DNA of 62,436 nt, the filler included, from Sphacelaria rigidula (Eukaryota), in assembly GCA_964200075.2 (NCBI GenBank). It is 6 parts of 6 records of this genome, joined end to end, with 100 filler letters (N's around TTAATTAATTAA, not from the genome) between each part and the next. Parts side by side here need not be neighbours in the genome. Positions count along the whole stretch, not along the records: positions 10,425 to 20,748 come from CAXNAA020006720.1; positions 20,849 to 31,171 come from CAXNAA020006721.1; 4 more parts are not named here. One strand, 5' to 3'. The notes beneath the pieces were generated by a model that was not told where the DNA came from, searched no databases, and worked only from the letters and a program-made list of their open reading frames with translations. Position numbers and translations under genes: made by a program. Positions 10,627 to 21,990 of the stretch are shown piece after piece; position 1 is the stretch's first letter, and each line of letters begins with the position of its first letter.

Positions 10627-11614
10627 GACTCGTTTCAAGGATGGAGGCATCGTATCTCTCCGCCGTCCCCTTGTGGTGTAAATTTAAGTGGTAAAACACT
10701 AACTGACAGCAGTTCACCAGTTTAGTCGAAATAATCGGGGTTCGATTCCCGGTATATGTAATTTTTCTCTTCTTTTTTTTCTTCTCCTGAGGAGAATCTG
10801 ATTGCCGTCGTCCCGTCTTTCCAAACGCGAGGACGGGAATAGCTGGATAATAATTTTATTTGACGACAGTCGAAGCGTTGCGGGAGTGGTGATGGTCATG
10901 ATCCAACCTGTGATACCAAATTGCAAGGCGTGTACCGGTTGGGGGAGGGGGGGCAGGAGGAGGGGGTGATCCCTTGAGAGCACGGGTTTTTCCTAAGGAA
11001 GGAGAAGGGCTGGAGGAGTGGAAGGGTCGGACGAAACGTCGCCGATCCGAATCACCGGATCTATGATTGCTGAGGCCTGAGTGATCGGAAGAGAAAAAAA
11101 ATGGCGAAGAGATCTCTGCGCAAAGCTTGCGCTATTATTTCATGTGTCTGAGGTGTGCGTACCTTCACTTGGGGTGCAACGCTGAAAATAAAGGCCAAGG
11201 ATGGAATCGCATGTGACGAATCAATTTCGCTAGACGCAAGTAAATTTGCATGAGTGATTAGTTATCCAACGGGGGAAATGAAAAGAAGCGCCGTGTGCCG
11301 TTTTCCCGGGTGGCCTCCTACAAGACTGGTAAACTCTGGTGGTGTTTGCTGCGTCTGATTTTACCCGAGCTGTATCTTGTGAGCTGGAGGCGAGGCGGTG
11401 ACGGCACGATTTTCGTGACCTTCTATAATGGAGGCGTTATTTTTTATCGCCCAACACGACCACAGCGAAGCATGACAGAAACGTTCAGTTTCGATCAAAC
11501 AAATACATACCCTGATACTGAGTACTACTGTAATGTGCGCTGAAAACTGTTGTTTTATGCCGAACGTTTCCGGCGCTGGCTGGCGTGCTGCTTCTCTCTT
11601 CACTTCTTCGACAG

Positions 11615-12698
11615 GGTGACATGGCTTTTGTGGTGTGCTACAGAGGAGGCGTCGCGATCCGCGCGGCGCCAAGCGTGGATGCCCCTTGCGTCGGGGAAGT
11701 CGTGGAATGGGACGAGGTAAAGGAAAGCCTGTGTTGTACGGTGTATAGCACCCCCGAGCGACGCATGTTTGGAATTCGAATACTCACGGCCCGGGGTAAT
11801 ATCAAGGGGGTGGTATGTAGCGTACCCCCAGTATGTTGCGGCAGGTGTTGGTATGGTGTCGAGAGTATTCGAAGAAATATCGCCCGCGGCGTGATTTAGG
11901 GCAGGAGGGTGTTATTTTACGTATTGTTGATATTCGCCGTATCCCGTGGTGTAGACGAATTTTGATGTTGGCCTCTCCTGTTGTTCAGAGTTGTTTGGTA
12001 TGTGAGCACGATAGACAACGCTGATACCAGTATGTTTGATCGCTGAAGAAACAAAAAAACAGGTCCTCGCGGGTGTTTCTCCCAGAACGTGACGTATGTG
12101 GGTTCAGCTTTCTAGTGAACGTCAGTTGTCAAAGTAGTTGTACTATAATATATATACCGAATGTCGACCGGATGAATGCAAACACGAATAAACAATAGAC
12201 GATTCATGTGTCCGTTGTACTGTAGGTATATCGTTTCTTGTTTTTATAGTAAGGATAATTATCATGATAGTCTCACAATAATCATAATCATATTGGAGGT
12301 ATCTCAAACTCGGCTCCCGGTATCCTTTTTTTTTTTTTTAAGTGGAAGTGATGGCGATTCATCAGATGATGAGACCCTTTAAACGCCAGGTCAGGTCCGC
12401 CCATAAATCGCGATCACTTTCACTTGAAGAAAATAACACACAACTCAGAGGCAGCGAATAACGCAGGATACCAAAGTTCGAGTCAACGGTCGACGAGGGA
12501 AAGGGACTGCTGAACCCCTCTCGCGATAAAAAATGAAGGCAAGCACCGCAGAAGGAATGTGGAGTACTAAAAACAAACAAAAAAGAAAAAACTCCTGTGT
12601 TGGTCTTCCTCTTGCGTGACCCCGGCTGATACGCCCACATATACCGAAATGTGTAGACCGGCGTCCAGAATAGATGGGACAACACACACACACACACT

Positions 12699-12730
<32 letters not shown>

Positions 12731-13068
12731 GGGAGCCGATTTTGAGATACTTCCATTTGTAAGATAGCAAGATAGTAAGATGGTAAGATAGTGATTCAGC
12801 AATACTTCCAAATGGACATACCTTCTTTCTTGCCTCTGTCGGTCCCGTTACTCCCCCGCTTACCAACGCGGCGCAGGGGTTTTGGGCAACAGAGCGATTT
12901 GGACGACTGGGCGAGGAGACAATATACGTGAGGTTGAGGGATGGGCGAGGCTGGGTTTTCGAAAGTCTCAAGGGGAAGAAAGTTCTGCGGCGAGTTGCGC
13001 CGTGCACGTTGCCTGCCCCGTCGACCGTGTCCCGCGAGAGTCAAGAGGATGGCAGCACGAAGAACTAG
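11615..13068 (+). CDS. Last two exons (11615-11716, 12877-13068) of a gene with an SH3b-like domain
   Basis: Phase-0 splice gives GDMAFVVCYRGGVAIRAAPSVDAPCVGEVVEWDE/GFWATERFGRLGEETIYVRLRDGRGWVFESLKGKKVLRRV...KN*. The pattern IR.aPs.da...G.........yvrl.dG.GWV is SH3b-like. Splice sites are canonical. Confidence 0.72.
12294..12754. mobile_element. TIR element (MITE) containing a 5'-truncated SINE copy (~12476-12728, +)
   Basis: ggaggtatctcaaactcggctcccggt ... accgggagccgattttgagatacttcc inverted termini; SINE body with (CA)n tail inside. Confidence 0.7.
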
Positions 13069-13659
13069 TGTCATTTGTAAAACATGCACACCCTGGACAG
13101 TATTTGGTCAATAGTTGCAATAGACAAGAAACGTATTGCATAGAGTATATAGGTCAATTGCGACTATTGTCGGCCGGCAGTAGTTACAATAGGCCTATAC
13201 TTTATGCAGTACACATCTCGTCTATTGCATCTAGTGACCATATATTGTCCAGGATGTGAAAATGTGGTTGTGATCGTGAGTGCACGTGCCGTGGGAGAGA
13301 GGGGCAAGCGCGAGTCGTCAGCGTGTTGTTTTCGTCGTGGTGAAGCAGCTGGACGTACGTAACTATGTGAAGAAACTGATGAGAATAGCCGTGTCGTTTC
13401 GACGTTGCCGGGGGTTTCTTGAGCCTTTGAAAAGAGCGTTCTGTCATTTGTGTCTTCTAGTCCTCTTCTATCCCTTTCCTGTAATTTCCTGCTTGTTTTT
13501 TTGTTAATTTTTTCGTTTTTCGTTTTTCGTTTTTCGTTTTTTTTGTTTTTTTGTTTTCTCAGTTTGATCCTTAGATATTAAGTTTTTTTCTTTCTTCCAC
13601 TTCTTTTTTTATAGTGAGCGTTTCTGTTTTCTTGGCCTTGGGTACATCCACCTTCTGGA

Positions 13660-13739
13660 TAATAACCACGACTGGGTTCTCCTGGAAGATGACTTGATGT
13701 GCAGTGATTAATCAAATCAATCAAATCAATCAAATCAAT
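13660..13739 (+). mobile_element. 3' tail of a non-LTR retroelement ending in (AATCA/AATC)n
   Basis: Short body followed by aatcaaatcaatcaaatcaatcaaatcaat. Similar tails occur at ~29040-29165 (-) and ~52650 (-). Confidence 0.45.
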
Positions 13740-13759
13740 GAAGTTTTTTTGTCAGTCAC

Positions 13760-14034
13760 GAGCAATGCTACGGTAGGGGTCGCATTTTTCTAGCGAAAAT
13801 GTTTCTCGGGGCTGCTCGAGATGTTGAACGGATAATTTTGAGAATCGGCATCATTTTTAGTTGAAAAAAAAGTGAAAATGATGCCGATTCCCGAAAAGGC
13901 CCCCGCGTGCAAACACCAAGTATCCGGGAGTCTGGTCCCCGGAGATTCGGGTCGCACAGTAAGCCCCATATATTTCTACTCCTACAAAGAAGAGACCCAG
14001 AAACAAAAGTGCAACCGCTACCGCAGTATTGCTC
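13760..14034. mobile_element. MITE with ~30-bp TIRs and an internal palindrome
   Basis: gagcaatgctacggtaggggtcgcatttt ... aaaagtgcaaccgctaccgcagtattgctc; internal gaatcggcatcatttt/aaaatgatgccgattc. Confidence 0.65.
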
Positions 14035-14244
14035 TCGGTATTTTTCGTTCGCCGGAGCTTTTTTTCTCGTCTCCTGTCGTTCGTGGTGGGATCTTTCATG
14101 CTATAGCAACAATAAATATGAAATACGGTACAGTGAACCGAGGCATTTGAGTTTCTGGTAGAAATCTCGTTGCATTTGACACTGAAAACATGATACATGA
14201 ACATATTGAATATGTTGTGTACTTCTTTTATATGGGAAAACGAA

Positions 14245-14593
14245 CACAGCCACACGCGGCCATTTGGCCACCCCTAAAATTCCTTCAGGTCGGTCAACTT
14301 TATTTCGAGCCTCCGGAGGGGTGCGCGGCCCTCCAGAGGAGATTTTTTGGTTTCCTCCAGAGGGATTAAACGCCTATGGAGGCTTGTTTTCGCCTCTGGA
14401 GGGTCGCGCATCTCTTCGAAGGCATTTTGCTACCCTCAAATTCCTCCGGAGGGGTGCGCGGCCCTCCTGGTCGGTAGTGTTTGGTTTCTTCCAGAGGGAT
14501 TGAAGGCCTCCGGAGGTTTGTTTTGCCTCTGCAGGGCCGCGCATCCCTGCGGGGACGTTTTGGGGGGTAGCCAAATGACCGCGTGTGAGGTGT
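14245..14593. mobile_element. MITE with ~35-bp TIRs and internal CCGGAGG/CCAGAGG repeats
   Basis: cacacgcggccatttggccacccc ... gggggtagccaaatgaccgcgtgtg, with many ccRgagg motifs in both orientations. Confidence 0.7.
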
Positions 14594-15224
14594 TTTTACC
14601 TCCATGTGTCGTCGGCGATGGATTTCAACAGGTACACGTACTCTCCATGAAGTCTACGGCCCAATTATACCTCCATGAGGCTGTGTTGACCCTCGTAGGT
14701 TGAAGACCCCGTCACCAAGACACGCTGTGCCTATGGACTACTGTTACAACAGTAGTGCCGTAGAAAACCGCCACAGGCAAACCCAACCAGTTCCGATAGG
14801 CGAATTTCGGATGCGACCAGTCGGTCACCTCATCAAGTACCCTCGGCCACGAAAGTGTACATATATACTGTACTGTGTTATATATCAATCACCCCAGCAG
14901 ATGAGAAACTCCATCTCGATTTTTTGTGTGTGAAGAAGGGAAGGTGCCTTCAGCACGGCCATGACATCCCATTTACATGCTCGAAGACTTCAACCAGTTT
15001 CATGTCTGATTTCGCCGAGATTTTTCCAGAAAGACATGAATTTGTAGGCATGACATAACAGACGCCGTTTTAGGAGAAAGTTGAGGTTGGGTGATTCTTC
15101 GTCACCCCGATTGGTCTTCTAGAACCTACTACTACGCTATCAGCCACTTAATTTGAAGGACACGTGGGTCGAGAGACCTTGGTCCTTGGCTCATTTGTCG
15201 GGCCATTCCTCTGTAAACAGCGTT

Positions 15225-15510
15225 TTCGTGATATTGAGAGTAGAGCGCTGATTAAGAGTTTATTAGATCATTCGCTTCAACCTCGCCAATTTTTCTTTCC
15301 GTGTGTGCTTTTCTTTGCCTGTATCACTGGCGTGTGCGTACAATCATACGTCGAAATCCTTCTCAGGGAGATCAAGGGCCTCAGTGGCGGGCTACTACAA
15401 AAAGTATATCGGGCCTCGCGGAGGGGCATTTCGGAACTGAAACGATTCTTTCACTAATTGACTGCTTTTCACTCTCAATCGTACCCTCTTCTCTCAATCT
15501 CACCAAAATA
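15225..15510 (+). repeat. Interspersed repeat family; copies at ~16808-16993 (+) and ~54696-55000 (-)
   Basis: Shared atcaagggcctcagtggc..gctactac...gaggggcatttcggaactgaaacgattc.ttcactaattg. Confidence 0.8.
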
Positions 15511-17208
15511 TTGGGTTCGTTGGTGTGGGGTATAAAGTACAAAAGCGCAATAAGCATACAATATTCATTTTTCACCATGTCGTCAAACCCCTCCTCTTCC
15601 TCGCGACTACTAGTCAAGTGCGCAGTCTCGAGGGATCAACCAATCTCTTACTCCCCCGATAAACATGCCTTATATTTTGATATTTTGGTATTATCGTGAA
15701 TTGGACCAGCACTCTCTCGCCCTATCGACTTTCTTCGTCGAATATCCTGTGCTGCTGTACTTTTCTCCCCGTGTTCTCAAGGACGAAAACCAGATTTCTG
15801 GTGGGAAGAAGACGGTATCTTCCTGGATTGCAATCCTCAACTACGACATTATCCTACGATTCGTTTGAAGTAATGCCCCCTCCCTACATGTGCGCTGCGC
15901 GCGATTCAGACAAAAATCTGCGCTGGCGCAGATGCGCAGGAGGTTTTTTGAACCCTGTTTCGGGAAAGAGTACTTTATCGTACAAGGCCTCGGTCTAAGA
16001 AGGATACGCCTTGATGTATGTTGCCTCAGGACGGTATACTATCATTATTGCGAACTTGAGCGATACGATTTTGGTTTTCAGAGCCCACAAGCCACTGTTT
16101 TTCGGCCGAGATTCTTCGAGTCATGAGGCGGCATGAGTATCCAACGAAAAGCTGTCCCAACAGGAGAACATCATCGTCAGGCTTGACTAAACCAGTGCAG
16201 ACGAGGAGACAACGGGTGGTTGGAAGCAACAGAACTTACAACTTGAGATCCGCTTCGAAAGCTCTTTCAAGATTACCTTAGTATAATAAAGACAGCCTCC
16301 TCCGCGAAGAAGGTGAAAAAAAACTCCGCTATTTTAAGCATCATACCAGCAGTTTTACACTGGGCGTACGATGGTAAAGTGCTACAATCATAGACAGCGC
16401 TCCGAATATATCCCTTGGAAACGCCACAGCAGTCTCTCTCGTGGAGAGTATAAGCACATTTCAACACTATACAAGCACACCACATACGGTACAATCTAAC
16501 TCACACATGGAGGCTTAACAAAACCGACGAGGAAGCGCGCCGGCACGGACACAAAAGAACATTGCCCTACAACAACAAAACGAAACAAATCTGACGTCCT
16601 ATGAAAAAGCGCAATCGCTGCGCTCGTGAACAAAATTAAAACGAAGCGCCGCGTTACTATATACTGACGGACCTCGAAATAATTCCGCTCTTAGAACCCT
16701 CTCCGACCAAACCACATGCAACAACGTTTTCGTGAGATGAAGAGTAAAGCGCTCATTGAGAATGGCTTTGATCATTCGCTTTAACTTGGCAAGTTTTTTC
16801 ATTCCGTGTGCTTACAGCTACATGTCGATATCCTACTCAGGGATATCAAGGGCCTCAGTGGCAAGCTACTACGGAAAGCAGATTGGGCCTCGTGGAGGGG
16901 CATTTCGGAACTGAAACGATTCGTTCACTAATTGATCGCTTTTCAGTCTCAATTGTATCCTCCACTCTCTATCTTACGAAAACATTGTTAAGGACGGCAG
17001 AGCAACGACGACAATAATTTGCACATGTGACGAGTTTCATCAACCGGAACAACGACCACAACAAGCACACTCGCGGCGATCGAAGCAACATCATCACGAT
17101 ACTACCCTTATCTTTATCTAACCCTGCCCTACCCTGCACTACCCAGCCCCTCTAGACCATCACAACCACACACACTTCCATACACACAGCTACACAACGG
17201 GATACAAC

Positions 17209-17678
17209 CAGAGATATACACGTTACACACGTGACACATTTGAAAAAACGTAACTTTGGGCCATTTAACGCTACGGAAGGTTTGATTTTTTGGACGAGAC
17301 AAACGTAACGTAACGTGATGTAACATGTGGATCCTGAAGCAGTGTCTCTTGAAAAAAATCGGAATTTTCCAGATAGGTGCAGAAAAAGGCTGCTATTGTG
17401 AATTTGTAACGTGTCATGTGACACGTTACAAATTCACAAAATAATTTGTGACGTGTCGCATGCCACGTTACAAATTCACAAAAACAGGCAGAGTTTTCGT
17501 TACATTTGGAGAGTAAAACGCGTACGTTAGGGTCTATTCGAAGAACCACATGTTACATCACGTTACGTTACATTTGTCCCATCCAAAAAATCAAACCTCA
17601 CATAGCGTGAAATGACCCCCAGTTACGTTTTTTCGGATGTGTCACGTTAAAATGTCACGTGTAACGTGTAGACCCCTG
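17209..17678. mobile_element. hAT-like foldback MITE with ~130-bp imperfect TIRs
   Basis: Termini cagagatatacacgttac / gtaacgtgtagacccctg; GTGACA/GTTACA subterminal repeats; 8-bp flanks gatacaac / aataccac (6/8 match) resemble a decayed hAT TSD. Confidence 0.75.
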
Positions 17679-17770
17679 AATACCACCGGGCAGTCAGTCT
17701 CTATGCGCACACAAATTTTCTCGACAAAATCTTCAATCGCAATATCAGCCTCCCTCCTCAGCAAAAGTCA

Positions 17771-18214
17771 TCAGGCATCATCCCCGAACAACGTGGCCGC
17801 ATACGGAAATAAGGAGGCCTCGCGGTTTGCAACGGCGCCAGCATCACCCCCCTCTCCATCCCCCGCCCCGGCTTGGGCATCCGCAGGAGCAGCCCCCGTC
17901 TCCACCTGGTCATCAAAGCCCCCCTCCACGCACAGGCGACAAAGGGGCTTGCCCGATCCGCTCCCCGCGTACACAAGTTGCTGCTGCGATGATTGCTGCA
18001 CCCTGCGCCCCGCCGCCATCGCTAAAGCTTGGTTCGCGGCGTGGTGTGGCCCTGCGCCGTTGGCTCTTTGGCACACGTAGCATATCGCGGGGTCATGCTG
18101 CGTAGCAATGCCTTGGAGAGCCACGCTGTCTAGCATGCGGTGCTTCAGAAGGCATCCGACGTACGTGAAAAGCCTCCGCTTTGCCCTTGTTATGCCCACG
18201 TAGAGGGTGTTCGC
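17771..18214 (-). CDS. Terminal exon of an SF1 UvrD/FBH1-like DNA helicase
   Basis: Acceptor cttaccag; ANTLYVGITRAKRRL is helicase motif VI (cf. NLLYVAVTRAK); downstream CYVC...LCRLC Cys pairs recall the FBH1 C-terminus; TGA at 17771. Upstream exons not identified. Confidence 0.68.
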   Translation of the reverse strand, partial: ANTLYVGITRAKRRLFTYVGCLLKHRMLDSVALQGIATQHDPAICYVCQRANGAGPHHAANQALAMAAGRRVQQSSQQQLVYAGSGSGKPLCRLCVEGGFDDQVETGAAPADAQAGAGDGEGGDAGAVANREASLFPYAATLFGDDA

Positions 18215-18942
18215 CTGGTAAGTGGTTATGTACGCCAAAAGGTATAGGGGAGTACAGGAATTCGTGCGGACTGTTCGAGTGTGGTCAACTATGGATGGTT
18301 AATTTTATTTTTCATCGTGATCAGGTCGATCGAGATGAATTGATTCGATTCGTTGATTTTGATTGGCTGGTTTGATTATACTTGATTGGTTCCATTTGAT
18401 TGATCAGTTCGATTTGGTTCGATTGCTCGGTTGCATTCGATTGGTCAATTTGGTTTGATCGGTCGCTTTGGTTCGATCGGTCGCTTTCATGTGGATGGTC
18501 GGTTTGATTTGATTTGTCTGTTCGATTCGATTTGATTGGTCTGTTCGACTTGATGTATTGATGTATTGATCAACTGTCGCGCATCAAGTGATCCATTACG
18601 AACCCATCAACCGAGATTGATTGACCAGGATAAGCATTGCCGGTCCCAATTTGGAGACCACAACCATCGAGTACTCGAGGGACAATGACTTTTTTTTCGA
18701 CACGGGGGTGAGAGGAACACTTGTATATGATTAGCAAGCAACTATGGAGCATTACAAGCTGGGCCAGCCTACGAGCTCACATTTCTTCAGCACACAATAC
18801 CTCTTCAGTTTCCTGATTTCACCTCAAGTGAGTATGTCGCTGTTAAGTGCAGACTCACCTGCTGACGCATGCTCTACCGTTTGAAAAACAAATGTACTGC
18901 GTATTATACAACCTCGACGACGGGACCAGCTTCCGCAAAATA

Positions 18943-19020
18943 TAAAAAAGGATAAGTCGGGATTCGAACTCGTGACCTCCGTAACTGGAGTCTCCTGTAC
19001 CAATTGGACCACCCACGCGC
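18943..19020 (-). mobile_element. tRNA-derived Pol III head (SINE or tRNA pseudogene)
   Basis: A-box tggtccaattgg, B-box gttcgaatc, then a T-run; acceptor stem does not pair. Confidence 0.55.
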
Positions 19021-19414
19021 AGCGGTGACATACGAAATAGTGAAACGCCCCGCCCAATTTGATAATCTTCCAGTCGAAATTTCACAGGGACCTTCTGCTT
19101 TCATGCAGTTACAGTTTGATTGACTCATTGATGATCTCACAGTAGCTGATTGCAACAACCCAGCCCGAGGTCAGGAGCAACAAAAACAACAAAAAAGATT
19201 CAGAAGGAAGGAGAGGAACAGGAAGGAACAGGGAAGAAGAGACGAACCAGAGACAACAACAACAGCAACAACACAACGAGCTGATTATCTCGGATTACAT
19301 TACGCGTATGACAATTCTCTTTTTACCGGCCTGCCTGAAAAAAGAAGAAACACGTATGTCTGAGTTTGAACCCGCGACTTGCCGACCCATAGGGCGGCGT
19401 ATCTGCACCGTCAT

Positions 19415-19546
19415 CAGGGTTGCACATCGTATATCGATAATCGATACGATTTCGATAAATATTGGCGATACGCAGTATCGGTATCGAAGCGTAGAAACCG
19501 ATATACGTGATACGTATCAAGATCGAATATCGATACGCTCGATATT
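19415..19546. mobile_element. hAT-like element end with ATCGAT/CGATA subterminal repeats
   Basis: Begins CAGGGTTGCA, followed by dense atcgata/cgatac repeats. Confidence 0.5.
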
Positions 19547-20460
19547 TGTCCCTTTTTTCGTCACATTAGCTCAATTTCTCAAAACCATCGTCACAGGAAA
19601 TGTACGGGGGGGGGGGGGTACTTCCCGAACGGCAGACCCCCCGTTGATTCAGCCCGACCCCCCGCCATTCTATAAGGTCGCCTGCACACACCACACACCA
19701 CGAGCATAGCTGTAGAGCGGTTGCAGGGTGTGCAAATGGATGCATCATCTATTCGTCAGATAGGAGGCGACAGAGTAACCGCTGGGGCCTCGTGGGTTTG
19801 GTGATATAATTCAGCGGGGGTGTTCAACAACGGTAACATACGGGTGGCGTGACGGAGTAGATATGAGATCACGATCACTGCAAAGCTGCAGATAACAGTA
19901 GAAAACAGCTGTCTTTTGGAGTATGAGGATATGGTACTGTCGCTTCGCTTTTCCTTCATATTTGACGAGTGTCGGATTTATTTTCCCCTAATTCCATTAG
20001 TCTGGACATTCTAATCGTTGCAAGCTTCATCTTTTTTTTTTCTCGGTTGGTGACATCCAACTTTATATTGTTTGCCATCTAACAATTAAAAATTTGACGC
20101 ATGCTGCCGACGTTTCCTGTTATTGGTAGCGAAAAAACGTTGGAAAAAAAGAGGGCGCATTTGATCTTGTGGATGTTCGAGGTTTGACACGTTTTATTGT
20201 CTAATGAAGAATGTGCAGAGTCGGGGTCTGCGCTCATTCGATCGAAACACACTGAATAGTGGCCGTGGAAATGAAAACAGTACAACCAGTGCCACACCCG
20301 GCCCGCTGTGATCAACCACCTCTCGCATGATGACGAAAGATATTTATTAGACAGCTGCATCACCGCATGCCGCCGCTGCCATAACACGGGATCTTACAAC
20401 TTGGGGATGGATCTTTTATCGGGGGTGAGAAACCCGGAGGGTTAAAATCTTCGTATCCAC

Positions 20461-20748
20461 ACCAAATCTTCGAAATATGGTTCCATTTTTTCACCTACCG
20501 ACAGCTGTTGACAACTGCTACACGCCAAAAAAGTTTGGACTCCGATCACCACAATGTTGGGGTCCTAGGTGAAAAACCAATTTCGAACCAATTTTGGCGT
20601 CCGTTCGGAAACCCGGAATTCCCCCAAATTGGTTTTTCACCTAGTACCCCAACATTTCGGTGATCGAAATCCAAATTTCTATGGTGTGTAGCAGTTGTCA
20701 GCAGCTATCAGTAGGTGACAAAATGGAACCATATTTCGAAGATTCGGT
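20461..20748. mobile_element. Foldback MITE with ~120-bp inverted arms, truncated by the contig end
   Basis: atcttcgaaatatggttccatttt..cacctac...ctaggtgaaaaaccaattt / aaattggtttttcacctag...gtaggtgacaaaatggaaccatatttcgaagat. The flanking aacccggagg.ttaaaatc also ends contig 3 (31156-31171). Confidence 0.85.
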
Positions 20749-20848
20749 NNNNNNNNNNNNNNNNNNNNNNNNNNNNNNNNNNNNNNNNNNNNTTAATTAA
20801 TTAANNNNNNNNNNNNNNNNNNNNNNNNNNNNNNNNNNNNNNNNNNNN
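20749..20848. other. Artificial contig linker
   Basis: 44 N + TTAATTAATTAA + 44 N. Confidence 0.98.
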
Positions 20849-21474
20849 CTTCAACTTTGCATCCTATTTCTACTCCCTCTTTCTCCCATGACTCTTGGGT
20901 TCCTATTATATCTAGGTCGTGTTTACTCACTCGTCTCGCTTTCTCTCCTCGTTTGCGCTCGTCTGTGGCGAATCCACACACGTTCCACGATCCTATTCTC
21001 AATTTCCTCTACGAATCATTCTCTGCTCTCTTGTTGTCTCCTACCCTCTTCCCGTGTCTCTTACTTCTATATTCACTTGCTTGATTGTTCTGCCCCTCGC
21101 CGGTTTAGACTTCGTCCACTTGCTTCGGGGCGCTTTGTCCCCTCTCCTTTCGGCCATTCACCTGTTCCTGCCTCTCTTTCCCTCCGTTCGCCCGTGCACT
21201 ACGCCTTAGGTTTGCTATTCCGTTAGCTATGCATACTCTCCATCCTACCCTTCTAACCCATGCCGATACCTTACTTATTTTTATTCTTTACCACTCCTCG
21301 CCCGCTCCCTATTTTAGCGTGACTCGGAAGTGTTCTCCCTCCCTTTCTACTTTTCCTCTTGCCAAACAGTGTCGCGGAACTTCATCGCATTTCTTCTTCA
21401 ACGCCATTCTCGTCACGTCACTACGTACTCCGAATACCAGCACTACTAGTACCTTACCCGACCACTCTTTACTC
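20849..21474 (-). mobile_element. LINE 5' region running into the start of the APE endonuclease domain (degenerate)
   Basis: RIGSWNVCG...HDLDIIGTQESW contains the EEP/APE motifs WNV.G and D+++.QE. Confidence 0.82.
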
Positions 21475-21990
21475 CTGCTCTTTATTGCTTTGGCACAAGG
21501 GCAGTTTTGTGCATCTATTCCCTCCTCCACACGACGACTGGTTTATCTCTTTTTCGTTCTGGCAGGTTCAGGTCCCCCAACCGAAATCGCAGTTTCATAT
21601 TTTCGCGGCGTCCATGGGGCCATGCAAATATCTTTTCATCCCGATCCCCTCTTTCAACCCCCCGTATATCTTCAGGTGTTCTTCCTCGTCTACCTTGCGT
21701 CTGAGCGCTCCTTTTTCCCTTACTTCGATCATGTCTCTTTCTTTTGTTTTGCAACCCGCGTCTTCACCTATCGACAGTATTTCGTCTTGATTTCCTCCAA
21801 TCTCTTTCCATATTTTCTCGACTTCTTCATCCCACCTTAATTCAGCATGCCCTTTCGTACTTTTCACCCATACAGCCTTATCAACAATAGTCAGCAACAT
21901 CTCTCTCTGCATGTTCTTCAAGCTATATTGCCACCTCAATTCCCTGATGTATCTATTTGTTTAAAGTGAGTACATTCCCCCGGGGGGAAA
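21475..21990 (-). mobile_element. LINE ORF2 C-terminal (post-RT) fragment, frameshifted
   Basis: HLKIYGGLKEGIGMKRYLHGPMDAAK / KLRFRLGDLNLPERKR / DAQNCPC: the typical LRFR.G..L...CPC zinc-knuckle region of non-LTR ORF2. Confidence 0.75.

Noticed and set aside
10668..10756. tRNA-like sequence with ggttcgattccc; similar cases at 18943-19020, 19350-19400 and 48285-48325
   Set aside because: B-boxes are present but no complete cloverleaf; these look like SINE heads or decayed tRNA copies.
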